IMG/VR virus record: IMGVR_UViG_3300026875_000002
From: a virus
DNA: 64,000 nt
Reading direction: 5' to 3' (one strand)
The position numbers and the translations under genes are program-made. The notes under the pieces are model-generated. The model saw nothing but the letters and a program-made list of their open reading frames with translations. It did no database searches and was not told the DNA's origin. Positions 48,336 to 59,137 of this stretch are shown here, piece by piece (the first letter of the stretch is position 1; every line of letters starts with the position of its first letter).

Positions 48336-50144
48336 ATGGTAAATATTGCATTAGCAATAGATAATATTCATGGAAGCTCAAAAGATACTGCAACACTTAA
48401 CACAGTAAAATCAGTACTTGAAAGTGCAGGACATACTGTGACAAGTTATGGAGTAGGACCTAATAAGGTACAGAATGCAATGCTTAGAAACTCTGCAGAT
48501 GTGATGATACAAATAGGAGGAGGAATTTGTTTAGGGACTCTTGTTGATTTCATGGCAGGTATCCGAAAAGGATATTATCATGCAAAAAAGGGAGGATTCA
48601 TGTACTATGACATCACCCGTTTCGATGTTCCATCTTGGAAGGCTGTACGTGCACATGATGATCATTTCAGTAGCCAAGCAAGTTTACAACCTTACATCGG
48701 TAAAACACTAGATAGTATTTACCAACAAAATAGTGATATCATGACATATAGTTATGGTACTGATGCAACAAAAATGGCTCAAGATTGGCTAACAAAATTT
48801 GGTGGGGGTAGTGTCTCTGGTGGTGCTGAAATAGTTGAAGGTTTTATTGAAAGTGGTCGTGGGGGAAACAAAAAAAGCAGTCCCCAATTTTGGAATCAAG
48901 AAAACTATGAACCATACAAAGAAATACCCTTCCAAAACTTCAAAGTAGTAGAAGAATTTCCCAGAACAATGACAGCAGAATTTGAAACAATAGAAAATAT
49001 AGACCTTACACAGGGACGTGTAGCAGTACTGATAACAGGTGATTGCAACCCCTTTGGGGGAATAATAATCTCCAAACAGTACAATAGTAAAGAAGGCAAC
49101 TACACTTATAAATGTCAGGGGTTCATGGAGCGAATCATGGCAAACAGTATTTATGCAGTGTATAATGGAGGAAAAGATGTATACACTGTACTTCAAGAAG
49201 TACTCGCAGATATAGGATTACCAGATACAGGGTTACTTAAAAAGAAAGAATATGATACAGCAATCACTAAAGAAAACAAGAAAAAACTAGCATCCGACAC
49301 AAAACTAACAGAAACAAGTGACATGTATGATAGTGACACAAGTGACACTATCACAGATAATACAAAAAACATCACAGGAAAAGATAAACTGAACCCTATG
49401 ACCACAAAAGTAAAAGGAATCTATGATAAACCAACCGTGTACGATTTCATCGCTACACTGCTTTTCAAGTACGGGGTGAATATTGATTTTTATGGGGATA
49501 TCAATGGTATTCCTCATTTCGATGTTCAAACACTTGACTCGTGGAAAAATGATGTGTGGGTGTTTGCTTCAAAACGTGGCTTTGAAAATAATTATAAATA
49601 TGGGTTTGACATCACTAACGCGGTTACACAAGTAGCCGTGAAAAACATCAGCGCTACCAATGGTACTGGTGAAATATACACAAGTAAAGAACTGCTCGGA
49701 GTGCCCCTTGAGAATTATATAGGGCGTATGGGTATAGTTGTAGATAACCCTACAAGCAGTAGCGGTAATGGAAGTAGTACAAATCAGAGCCAGAATGGTG
49801 AGTATCAAGACAGTACGAGTAAGAAATATACGAGTACACAGATAATTACAACCAATGGGAAACCATCTTGTACAAAATGTAAGGAGATAAATGGGGGTAA
49901 AAAACCAACCTACAAATCATACAAGAAGTACTGGTATAATAAGTGTCCCTCATGTGAGGAAGAAGGAGAATTATCAAGTACAAATAAAGGAGATGGAGTA
50001 ACAGTATGTAATGAATGCAATACAAAATACTGCCAATACTGCGGATATGAACTAAAAAACCATAAATTAAGGTTAACAGAACTGTTCAAGACAAGTAGTA
50101 ATAATAGTACAAATACTACCTCGGAGGATGATGATAATGACTGA
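48336..50144 (+). CDS. Baseplate hub, N-part, with extra N-terminal domain and C-terminal multi-CxxC finger
   Basis: Hub-like YTYKCQG, VLQEVL, FYGDINGIPHF, DITNAVTQV; four CxxC pairs at the end. Confidence 0.6.
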   Translation: MVNIALAIDNIHGSSKDTATLNTVKSVLESAGHTVTSYGVGPNKVQNAMLRNSADVMIQIGGGICLGTLVDFMAGIRKGYYHAKKGGFMYYDITRFDVPSWKAVRAHDDHFSSQASLQPYIGKTLDSIYQQNSDIMTYSYGTDATKMAQDWLTKFGGGSVSGGAEIVEGFIESGRGGNKKSSPQFWNQENYEPYKEIPFQNFKVVEEFPRTMTAEFETIENIDLTQGRVAVLITGDCNPFGGIIISKQYNSKEGNYTYKCQGFMERIMANSIYAVYNGGKDVYTVLQEVLADIGLPDTGLLKKKEYDTAITKENKKKLASDTKLTETSDMYDSDTSDTITDNTKNITGKDKLNPMTTKVKGIYDKPTVYDFIATLLFKYGVNIDFYGDINGIPHFDVQTLDSWKNDVWVFASKRGFENNYKYGFDITNAVTQVAVKNISATNGTGEIYTSKELLGVPLENYIGRMGIVVDNPTSSSGNGSSTNQSQNGEYQDSTSKKYTSTQIITTNGKPSCTKCKEINGGKKPTYKSYKKYWYNKCPSCEEEGELSSTNKGDGVTVCNECNTKYCQYCGYELKNHKLRLTELFKTSSNNSTNTTSEDDDND

Positions 50145-51087
50145 AGATACAAGTACAAGTACTGGAACAGTAGCAACACAGAGCGATGGTACAACAGGTA
50201 CTACTACTGGAAGTACGGATGGTACTGCTGAGCAAGTTGCGAAGAATGATCCTGAGAAGAATAAGACTCTTGCAGAAATTGAGATGAGTGAATCACTCCG
50301 TGATATGTATGACCTTGAGTTTGAACTGCCTCACACGTTTAAAGGACTACATACGAATCGATTTATATTTATGGAGTTGAATGATCAGTTTTATGAGCAG
50401 AATTATGCGAAGATTATTGACGCTATTAAGAATAAGAAGTTTGCTCGTTATGCTGGTTTTGAGAAGGGTCGTTTTTTTGTTGAGCGTCATGAATATGGCG
50501 GGGGGATTGATGGGAGTTATACAAAGCTGAAGGTTAATCCCTTGGCTAATAGTTATGGTACCTATATGAAGCAACAGCAACAGGCTGAGAAAACTTTGAT
50601 TCAGGCAATGAACCAAGGAAAAGGAGGAAATAATAGTGGTGGAGGATTAACAAATGTAAGTGGACAAGATTGTGGAGCTGATGTGTCCACATGGACTTCA
50701 CATTCATGGGGACCAGCACAATTTGAAAAAACAGCACAAAAAATAATAGGAAATTCCTCTGCAAATTATGCTACTGATACAGCTAATATGAGTGCGGAGG
50801 AAGCAGTGAAAAGCATCAAACATAGTTATTCCTATTATAATAATAATCTGCATTGCCCTCAAGAATTATGGAAAAGTTATCCTAATATCGCCTGTAATTG
50901 TGCTGATTGGGCACGTCTTGTTAAGTGTATTTGTGATGTGCATGGAGTAAAATGTGCGATACACCACGGTAGCCATCACTATTGGAATTATGTATATATT
51001 AATAATAAATGGGAATCAGTGGATCTTTGTACAAATAGAAATAACACATGGGATGGACATCTACGAAATACTGCGGGGTGGCAATGA
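50128..51087 (+). CDS. Hub C-part fused to a transglutaminase-like Cys peptidase (PeiW/PeiP-like tail lysin); likely start ATG 50137
   Basis: FFVERHEY....GSYTKLKV hub end; NCADWA...HYWN.V.IN.KW..VD Cys-His-Asp triad. Confidence 0.72.
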   Translation: MMIMTEDTSTSTGTVATQSDGTTGTTTGSTDGTAEQVAKNDPEKNKTLAEIEMSESLRDMYDLEFELPHTFKGLHTNRFIFMELNDQFYEQNYAKIIDAIKNKKFARYAGFEKGRFFVERHEYGGGIDGSYTKLKVNPLANSYGTYMKQQQQAEKTLIQAMNQGKGGNNSGGGLTNVSGQDCGADVSTWTSHSWGPAQFEKTAQKIIGNSSANYATDTANMSAEEAVKSIKHSYSYYNNNLHCPQELWKSYPNIACNCADWARLVKCICDVHGVKCAIHHGSHHYWNYVYINNKWESVDLCTNRNNTWDGHLRNTAGWQ

Positions 51088-51333
51088 ATGATAAGTAATG
51101 AACTAAAAAATTTGATAATACCTAACCTGAAATTACATCTTCCTGAAGAAAGATATCAGTATATTGAACAATGTTTTGCGGAATGTTATATCACAATTGA
51201 GGATGGTCAACAAATAGTATCCTTGGCTCCTGTCCTTGATGATGGGCTTTCCCTCCAATTTGATTTTTTGACTGGCACATTTTTTGATATTGTGAACTGG
51301 GAAGAGGTGAAAAAGGAGGGTAAATTGTTATGA
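51088..51333 (+). CDS. Small acidic hypothetical protein
   Basis: 81-aa ORF abutting the tail lysin stop codon. Confidence 0.5.
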   Translation: MISNELKNLIIPNLKLHLPEERYQYIEQCFAECYITIEDGQQIVSLAPVLDDGLSLQFDFLTGTFFDIVNWEEVKKEGKLL

Positions 51334-53765
51334 AATACACAACTGAAGTTGGTGAAAATGGGGAGTTCCACGCCCCCACAGAACTAATACCAGGAAGGTA
51401 CAAGACAACAATCAACTATACAGACAACAAAAACCAGAAATTCGGGTCCTCAGAATGGACTGGAAAACTACACATCCGGCACAGCGTATACCTTGAATGT
51501 AAGGACATTTCCGTGGATGCATACAGTACGACCACAATAAAAGAACGTTTGGTTGATTACCAAAAAGAACCTCTCGTAAACGCTGAAGTTAAAATGAAAT
51601 ATTCAAATAGTAGTACTGTCACTACTCTTACTACTGACTCTGAAGGTTATTTTTCTTTTGTGTACAATGCTACTCGGAGTGGTACTGTTGACGTCACTTT
51701 CTCTTATGCGGGAAGTAAGTATTATATTCCCATAACTGGAACTATTACTATTACTACATTACCTTCAACGCCTACAATTACAATAAGTGATGTGAAGAGG
51801 TATATAAAACAAGACCTTGAAATACCGGTTACGCTTAGTGTTCATAATCATAAACTAATTAATAAAACACTTATTTTCACAATCAATAATAATACATATA
51901 CTGTTACAACTGATAGTGGTGGGAATGCTACACTTACAGGGTGTTCTATTGATACTACAGGCACATATAACTGTACAGTTTCATACACTCCTAGCACAGA
52001 GAAGGTTAATGGGAGATGTGACAGCTGGGATTATAATAGTGTTTCAAAGAGTTTTATAATCATAGTTATGCCAAAAAGAACGCCTATCGTCACTGCTACT
52101 GTTACAAGTCCTGTGGATTATAAGGGGACTAGTAACTTTGTGTTAACGTACGTGGATCCTGCTACAAATCAGCCTGTGAGTGGTGTAGGTATAATTATAC
52201 AGATTCCACGCGAATCTTTTTCGGATTATCTCATCACTGATAGTAATGGTCAGATTAGTTTGAGTCATACCATGACAGTGGTAGGGTTGAATGATATTGT
52301 ATTTATCACGAATGAAAGACGAGCTTTTAATAGGGTACGTGTTTCAAAAGTTGTTATTGTCAACCCTGTACAAACGAAACTTTCTGGAACAACAAATAGT
52401 ATAATGTATAGTGAGGAAGCGAGTGTTACATGTACATTAACAGATGTAGATGGGAATAAGTTGAGTAATAAACGTATTACTGTATATTCTAATGATGGTG
52501 ATTTTGTAGGTAATGGTACAACAAATAATAATGGGCAATGTATCATCAAATTCACTCCAGCCAATGTAGGTACACTTACCTATACCCTACAATTCGAGGG
52601 AGACAATCAATATTCTTCACAAAACGCACAGTTTACACTCACCGTACAGAAGATATCTACAAAATTCACTGGAAATACTACAATATCCCCACATGCAGGG
52701 GAAGAAATACCAATTACATTAACCCTTGTAACAAACAAGGGAAAAACATTACCCAACAGGACAATCACAGTCACAGATAATAATAAAACAATTACAACAA
52801 CAAGTGATTCAAAGGGACAATTCACATTCAACACCATTGGAGGATTAAATGAGAAAAGAAGCGCAACAGTAAAATATCTGGGAGACACGTATTATAACAC
52901 ATGCACAGCAACAATAACACTCAATTTTGGAAAATATGTTCCAACATTAAATGTAGACACAAGGGAGAATAGTATAGGGTCACCATGTGTATTCTATGTG
53001 AAAGTATCAGGAGCTAATAATGTAACCCCTACTGGTAGTGTTACTTATGAAGCAGAATCACAGAAAAATACAGTTACATTAAGTCCTGGTGAGTGGAGTA
53101 TATGTGACAAGTATGTCCCTACAGAGGCAGGGTATAACGATATCACACTAACTTACAAGGGTGATGATAATTATATTTCAGTAACAAAGGACATATCAGT
53201 CTACACTTCTCCAGGGATTGTTGAAGATTGTTCTAGTCTTGATCATTTTTACATACGAACAATCAAGTATCAAGATTATTACCCTACTCCTACAGAGAAC
53301 CCTATTGTTGACGGAGGAGGAATTCATGGGTTTTACGGTCGAGCAATCTGGGCTGAAAACCTGAAAGTAACAAATAACTGTAAGGTTACCATGGAGATAC
53401 AAGTGAAAAATGTGGATCATGGTTTCAATTTTGGACTTGTAACAAAGGGAAATATGTCCCGTACTGCGGTACTTCTTGAACAGAGTTCGAGTAGGGCTTA
53501 TTTTTATTTTGCAACAAATACAAATGGAAAATATAATATTCCAAGCGTGAACTGGAATAGATTATCTCTGAATACATGGTATACTGTTGAGTTCAATATT
53601 CAAAATGGTAAATGTACAGTGAAGGTGAATAATTCTACGTATACTCATGATATTATTATTGATGATAATACGTATCCTGCGATTTTTGTGTGGAGTCCTC
53701 GTTTGAGTGGTGAATCTTCTTCTAGTGAAATTATATGTAGAAAGATTGTATTAATCAAAAGGTGA
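51330..53765 (+). CDS. Adhesin-like protein: several Ig (Big) domains plus C-terminal lectin-like domain
   Basis: Repeated TTD..G...F, Y.GD..Y, ..PTL motifs; beta-rich terminal domain with LNTWY.VE. Confidence 0.75.
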   Translation: MKYTTEVGENGEFHAPTELIPGRYKTTINYTDNKNQKFGSSEWTGKLHIRHSVYLECKDISVDAYSTTTIKERLVDYQKEPLVNAEVKMKYSNSSTVTTLTTDSEGYFSFVYNATRSGTVDVTFSYAGSKYYIPITGTITITTLPSTPTITISDVKRYIKQDLEIPVTLSVHNHKLINKTLIFTINNNTYTVTTDSGGNATLTGCSIDTTGTYNCTVSYTPSTEKVNGRCDSWDYNSVSKSFIIIVMPKRTPIVTATVTSPVDYKGTSNFVLTYVDPATNQPVSGVGIIIQIPRESFSDYLITDSNGQISLSHTMTVVGLNDIVFITNERRAFNRVRVSKVVIVNPVQTKLSGTTNSIMYSEEASVTCTLTDVDGNKLSNKRITVYSNDGDFVGNGTTNNNGQCIIKFTPANVGTLTYTLQFEGDNQYSSQNAQFTLTVQKISTKFTGNTTISPHAGEEIPITLTLVTNKGKTLPNRTITVTDNNKTITTTSDSKGQFTFNTIGGLNEKRSATVKYLGDTYYNTCTATITLNFGKYVPTLNVDTRENSIGSPCVFYVKVSGANNVTPTGSVTYEAESQKNTVTLSPGEWSICDKYVPTEAGYNDITLTYKGDDNYISVTKDISVYTSPGIVEDCSSLDHFYIRTIKYQDYYPTPTENPIVDGGGIHGFYGRAIWAENLKVTNNCKVTMEIQVKNVDHGFNFGLVTKGNMSRTAVLLEQSSSRAYFYFATNTNGKYNIPSVNWNRLSLNTWYTVEFNIQNGKCTVKVNNSTYTHDIIIDDNTYPAIFVWSPRLSGESSSSEIICRKIVLIKR

Positions 53766-53799
53766 AGTAAATAATACAGTAGGGAGGAAAAGAAGTAAA

Positions 53800-54861
53800 A
53801 TGATAAATTGTACAAAAATAAACATAAAAGAAGGAAGTACTGGAGATAATGTAAAAGAGGTACAAAAATACCTCAAATACCTCGGGTTATATGAGGGAAA
53901 AATAGATGGAAACTGTGGAAAACTAACAGTGAATAGTATCAAACAACTACAAAAACAAGAAAATATTGTACAAGATGGAAATTTTGGACCAATAACGTGC
54001 AAAAATAGTGGTATAAATGGAAAAGATATAAGTGAATCAAATATTACACTAGATATTGGGACATGGCTTGACATGGTCAAAAGATATGATAAATATGTGG
54101 CAACAAACAAAAAAGAACCACAAATATCATATATAGATGTAAATAATAAGTATCAATACATCACAAATGTAAAATACAAAGAGATAAAAAGAAGGTATGA
54201 TGAATACCTATCAAAAAATAATAATAAACCTAACTTTGTCTATATTAACTATCCTAAAACAATAACTTCAACTCCTAATATAACAACAAAAAATTCTAAT
54301 TCTAATACAACATTATATGCAAGCAGCCCTCATTTTGTATCAAGTGGTTGTAATAAGCTTGGTCAATGTACTCCTTATTATTGTGGTGTTCATAGCCTAC
54401 GACAAGTTCTATGTAAATTTGGTATAGAAGATTATAAAGAATCTACTCTTGCAGGGTGGGCTGGAACAACAACAGCGGGTACAAGTCATGGAGGGATAAA
54501 TACTGCAATAAAAAAGGTAAACAGTAAAAAAGGAACCAATATTGTAATTACTTGGAAAAATTTCAGTGATTTTGGCAGTACAACAAAGGAACGTTTCAAA
54601 AACTTAGGAAAAGAAATCAGTAAATCAAATACGGATGCAATTATTCATAATCTCTACAGGAATAAGTATGGTCATTATGAGGTAATTAAATCAATTGATA
54701 CAAAAAATAATATTGTAAAAGTATTGAATAGTCTTGGTAATCGCTGTAGTAGGCCTGCTTATTGTGGTTATATTGAAAATCGTAGTTTCAATACATTTGC
54801 TTCTTATATTGCTAATACTCCTGGTGGTCAACCTAGTATTGGTTTAGTTGTAAAAAAATAG
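53800..54861 (+). CDS. Endolysin: PG_binding_1, pseudomurein-binding repeat and C39-like peptidase (PeiR-like)
   Basis: GSTGDNVKEVQ.YL..LG.Y.G.IDG..G..T..IKQLQ; WLDMVKRYDKYV..NK.EP; QCTPYYCG...GHY...NSL. Confidence 0.82.
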   Translation: MINCTKINIKEGSTGDNVKEVQKYLKYLGLYEGKIDGNCGKLTVNSIKQLQKQENIVQDGNFGPITCKNSGINGKDISESNITLDIGTWLDMVKRYDKYVATNKKEPQISYIDVNNKYQYITNVKYKEIKRRYDEYLSKNNNKPNFVYINYPKTITSTPNITTKNSNSNTTLYASSPHFVSSGCNKLGQCTPYYCGVHSLRQVLCKFGIEDYKESTLAGWAGTTTAGTSHGGINTAIKKVNSKKGTNIVITWKNFSDFGSTTKERFKNLGKEISKSNTDAIIHNLYRNKYGHYEVIKSIDTKNNIVKVLNSLGNRCSRPAYCGYIENRSFNTFASYIANTPGGQPSIGLVVKK

Positions 54862-55081
54862 TAAGGTAATGTGAATTGAAAGTGAAAAGATTTAAGGGTA
54901 GCTTTAAAAAACCATTACGTGAAATAAGAGAATTTAAAACTCATTGGGAGTGAAAACAAATGAATATACAATTTGAATGGAAAATACTCAAAAACAAAAT
55001 TAGAAATAAATTAAACATCCCACGAAAAAACGAAACAATAAATGAAGAAGACGGAAGAAAATTTGTACAATAAAAGAGGGA

Positions 55082-56260
55082 GTGTACACATATATGACAC
55101 TTGAGTATGAACTTGGTACTGATATTGATAGGCATTGGATTCTGAATAGTGAAGGTGACCTTCAAACAGTCAGTGGAAAAGATAACCTGCGACAAGCTAT
55201 TTATAATAGGATTACATGTTATTTTGATAATCTTTCATGGTGTTATGACAATTATGGTAGTTATGTGAAAGATTGGTTCGGGAGAATTAATGATGAGTAT
55301 CATAAAAACACTCTAACCCATGAAATAGAAGTAAGAGTACAAGAAGATTTACGGATAGCAGAAGTAACATGTACTATTACAGATTATTCACCTTATTATA
55401 TTGGTGTTCTTATTAAGGGTATTGTTGTTGAGGATTCTAGTGAGTTTAATGAATATTATATATTTGCATCAGGAACTCATGATACTATTGTAGATAATTA
55501 TAATGAAACATTTCATGAGACACATATTGTTACGGAAGGTGTTGGGTATTATAGTACTTATGGTAATGTTGTACGTGTTCATTGTCATGTACTTGATGAA
55601 AGGAATAAACGTGTTCCAATTGGTAATGTAAGCCTTTGGTTTGGGGGTCATTTTGTGGATAGTCTTGAAATAGAGCAAAGTGGTGATACTGAGCCAGGTA
55701 GTGTTACTTTTAATGTGACCACACCTTTGTATATGAATTATGGTCGACACGAACTCAAATTTATGTATCAAGGAAAACCGGGGTATAACCCATGCGAACA
55801 CACTGCGTATATTACTATTCTTGAAAAACTTCCAACGACTTCGATGATTGAAGATGAAAGTAGCCTGTATGTTATCAATAATACGGATAACGTTGGAAGG
55901 AACGTGAATGTGGATGTGAAAGATGTTAATCTTCAACCTGTGAACATGGGTGTGGCAAATGCATCTGTGGATGATGGAGTTATTGACACAATTACAATAA
56001 CGAATCCTATTATTTATTGTAACGCAAATCTTGTTGAAGAAAAAGTATCAATAACTACAATACCTCTTCTTAGTCAACTTACAAAAAGGTATATTTTTGT
56101 AATATCACGTAACTTCAGAGATAATGATATTATTCGTTTGATTGATAAAGATGCAAATCTTATTGATAATCTTCTTATAAGGTACCAAAATGGAAAATAT
56201 TATTTTACAACTACGAAAAAGGAATATAATACAGAAACAGTGTTGAAGGTGTATGCATGA
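55082..56260 (+). CDS. gp25/gpW-like baseplate wedge protein fused to Ig domain
   Basis: GDLQTVSGKDNLRQAIYNRI...YGS...D.RI.EV; Ig motif YQGKPGYNP. Confidence 0.75.
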   Translation: MYTYMTLEYELGTDIDRHWILNSEGDLQTVSGKDNLRQAIYNRITCYFDNLSWCYDNYGSYVKDWFGRINDEYHKNTLTHEIEVRVQEDLRIAEVTCTITDYSPYYIGVLIKGIVVEDSSEFNEYYIFASGTHDTIVDNYNETFHETHIVTEGVGYYSTYGNVVRVHCHVLDERNKRVPIGNVSLWFGGHFVDSLEIEQSGDTEPGSVTFNVTTPLYMNYGRHELKFMYQGKPGYNPCEHTAYITILEKLPTTSMIEDESSLYVINNTDNVGRNVNVDVKDVNLQPVNMGVANASVDDGVIDTITITNPIIYCNANLVEEKVSITTIPLLSQLTKRYIFVISRNFRDNDIIRLIDKDANLIDNLLIRYQNGKYYFTTTKKEYNTETVLKVYA

Positions 56261-59094
56261 CTAAGAAAAAACTTGGAAGTAATAAGGTACGTGAAGGAAA
56301 AAGTAGTATCCCCCTGAAAGTTAAGGATAAACTAGAATTAGGACAATACCCATTAAACATTGAATACGAAGAAAATAGAACGTATGCAGAAAGTAATGCC
56401 TATGGAACACTATTTTATGGTTGGAAAAGTTTTGTACATTGTCCGAATGTTTATGTTGTGGAGGGGGAGGATATGTATACTACACTTCGTGCAAATATAT
56501 TCAGTAATGAAGATATTGTTTATGCTGGAGAAGGTAGTTTTAGCATAAAAGAGAAAACACAAGAAAAAGTTCCTGTAGAAGATGGGTGTGCTACTCATCA
56601 CTTATCTGATATTCAAAGTTGGAAAAATAAGAATCCTTACTTTAGTTTTCTGTATGATGTGCACCTGCCCTTGAATTATTGTTCTGCGCGTAGTAATACT
56701 GCTGAAATAATATACCTTCCTCATACAAAACGGTACGCGGTGGTTGTCAAAATTATCACAGATCCTGTGATAGGATACACTGGGGATACAGTACGTGTTA
56801 TTGCAAGGATATACAAAGCACAGTATGGTAGTCTGATTGATCATAAGGATGTACCAGATAATGGGTATGCGCGGTTACTAATTGATGGAGCGGTAGCTGG
56901 TACTACTAGTATAACTGACACGGGATATGTGTCATTTGATTATACTGTACCTGAAATGGGTTGTGGGGTGTACTCCGTGGTTGTGGAGTATGTTTCTCAA
57001 GATGAATACTATGATGATAGTGCATGTGAAGGCACATTATTCGTACCGTCCCACGACGTAACACTTCCTACTGCCACATGTACCCAAATATGGCACTCTC
57101 TTGGTGGTACTGCTAGTATCCCTGTTACTTTTTCTGATATATCCCTATTTGACAAGGTGCAAGTGTATATTGATAGTCAGCTTGTACCTGTAGAGGGAAG
57201 TGATGAAAATGGTTACTTGATTGTACAAGGTACAGAAGTTACGCTTACGTTTAATATTCCCAAGGGATATTCCTCAAAGTGTGTGTGGGCTTATTCAGGG
57301 GAGCATCTTATGTACCTTGAGTATACGGATAATGTTCATCATGTTACACGAAAACTATTTCTCCCATTCCTTCTGATTCAGTATCCTACAGCAATCCAGC
57401 TAAAATCGTATGGACTTGATGATACAAGCACAATGATTGTAGGAAATAATATTGAAGGGACGGTAATTAATACATTTGAACCGAAACGGTTTGTAAATCA
57501 TGGACTTATTACTATTGATATTGAAGGATTGGAGGTTCTTCTTTCAGTAACACGTGATGTTGATTGTAGCATGGGGGTGCAACATCCTCAGGGTATATTG
57601 TTTGTAAATGAAACATGTACGTTCAGAGTAACAGCTCAAAGCAATACTACTGTACCCATCCCTAATCGGACTGTAACACTTGTTACAGGAAATCAAAATT
57701 ATACATCTACTACTGATGAGGATGGTGTTGCAACATTTTCAAAGAAATACACTCAGAGTGGGACAGATACTGTATACGCACTATTTCCAGGTACAGAAAC
57801 AGAAGCAGAAACACAAACAACACCAGTAACACTGGAAATACTTGACCTAATCAAATCTGAATTATCCCATGAGATATCTTCAGATAATCTCATAACATCA
57901 ATTACTCCTATTAGGGAGAGTTTTCCCCATGGGGGCACAATAAGTGTCACATTCAAGCCTGTGCCTCTATTTACAGTTATTCCCCCATTACAGGATAATT
58001 TCAAAGTGGGAGAATCTATAGTAATAAAAGCAAATGTTTCCCTCGAATACAAACCAGCAGTAGATATCCCTGTGATATTAAGAGTAAGTATAACAAAAGA
58101 GGATGGTACAGTACAAGACTATGAGTCAATACAAACAATGAAAACAGACTCTGTGGGGGACATAACATGTACTACTGCTCAGGATGTATCAGGTGAATGT
58201 AGCTACACACTCTTCATTGAGGGTACAGATGATTATGAACAATGTGTATCAGATGAAATAATCCTTGATGTAACAAGAATACAAACCACAATATCCTCAA
58301 CAGTAACAAATAACCAAGCTGGAAGTAGTAGTATAGATGTAACACTCATTGACGAAGATAACAATGGGGTTGTTGACGTAAATATAATTGTAACACTTAC
58401 TGATGGGTCAACAAGGTCTGGTACAACAGACAGTTCGGGAAACGTGAATATACCATTAACATCACTCCAAGTAGGGTCCCATACGTTAACAGTATCATTC
58501 CCAGGAAATAATAAGTACGAACCTGCAAGTACAACATGTACTATAGATATCGCCCCAAACATAGATTTCTATAATAGTGCGAATTGGGGAGGAAACCCTG
58601 TAATAGATGTTACTAACCAAAAAATAACAATGACTGGTGCAAACATCACATATTATGAGGGAGCTTCTGTAAAGGACTTGCTTAGTGACACTGCTATTAG
58701 TCTTACATATTTCCATAATGGCCGGGATGGACGGAAAGCATTAGGAGTTTATAATCCTGAACTAAGTTCATGGATAGGTTACTGTACCCCCAGCCCGAAC
58801 GGTAGTGAAGGACATGGAGTAAATGAGGAAAAAGGTTACACGCATAACATATCTACAGATGTAACAAACGCAGCCTCATGGATGCGGGATGGACAGGAAA
58901 GTCCACTCGTGATAGGCTATAATGAGGTTGAGGACAATATTTCACTTCAGTATACAAGTCAAGATGGAACAGAAAATGTGACTGTAACCATCCCTCTTGA
59001 GGGAGTGGATCTTAGTAAATATTACCTCGCATTCTATGATTACCGCGGAATGGGAATGTATGTGAAAAATATAACACTCATGGAGGACATGTAA
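56257..59094 (+). CDS. Multi-Ig adhesin-like tail protein with terminal beta-sandwich
   Basis: Repeated TDE.G.A.F, FPGN.KY.P Ig motifs. Confidence 0.7.
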   Translation: MTKKKLGSNKVREGKSSIPLKVKDKLELGQYPLNIEYEENRTYAESNAYGTLFYGWKSFVHCPNVYVVEGEDMYTTLRANIFSNEDIVYAGEGSFSIKEKTQEKVPVEDGCATHHLSDIQSWKNKNPYFSFLYDVHLPLNYCSARSNTAEIIYLPHTKRYAVVVKIITDPVIGYTGDTVRVIARIYKAQYGSLIDHKDVPDNGYARLLIDGAVAGTTSITDTGYVSFDYTVPEMGCGVYSVVVEYVSQDEYYDDSACEGTLFVPSHDVTLPTATCTQIWHSLGGTASIPVTFSDISLFDKVQVYIDSQLVPVEGSDENGYLIVQGTEVTLTFNIPKGYSSKCVWAYSGEHLMYLEYTDNVHHVTRKLFLPFLLIQYPTAIQLKSYGLDDTSTMIVGNNIEGTVINTFEPKRFVNHGLITIDIEGLEVLLSVTRDVDCSMGVQHPQGILFVNETCTFRVTAQSNTTVPIPNRTVTLVTGNQNYTSTTDEDGVATFSKKYTQSGTDTVYALFPGTETEAETQTTPVTLEILDLIKSELSHEISSDNLITSITPIRESFPHGGTISVTFKPVPLFTVIPPLQDNFKVGESIVIKANVSLEYKPAVDIPVILRVSITKEDGTVQDYESIQTMKTDSVGDITCTTAQDVSGECSYTLFIEGTDDYEQCVSDEIILDVTRIQTTISSTVTNNQAGSSSIDVTLIDEDNNGVVDVNIIVTLTDGSTRSGTTDSSGNVNIPLTSLQVGSHTLTVSFPGNNKYEPASTTCTIDIAPNIDFYNSANWGGNPVIDVTNQKITMTGANITYYEGASVKDLLSDTAISLTYFHNGRDGRKALGVYNPELSSWIGYCTPSPNGSEGHGVNEEKGYTHNISTDVTNAASWMRDGQESPLVIGYNEVEDNISLQYTSQDGTENVTVTIPLEGVDLSKYYLAFYDYRGMGMYVKNITLMEDM

Positions 59095-59137
59095 TAATGA
59101 ATAATATATACATAGCAACAGTTACAGGAGGAATAAT

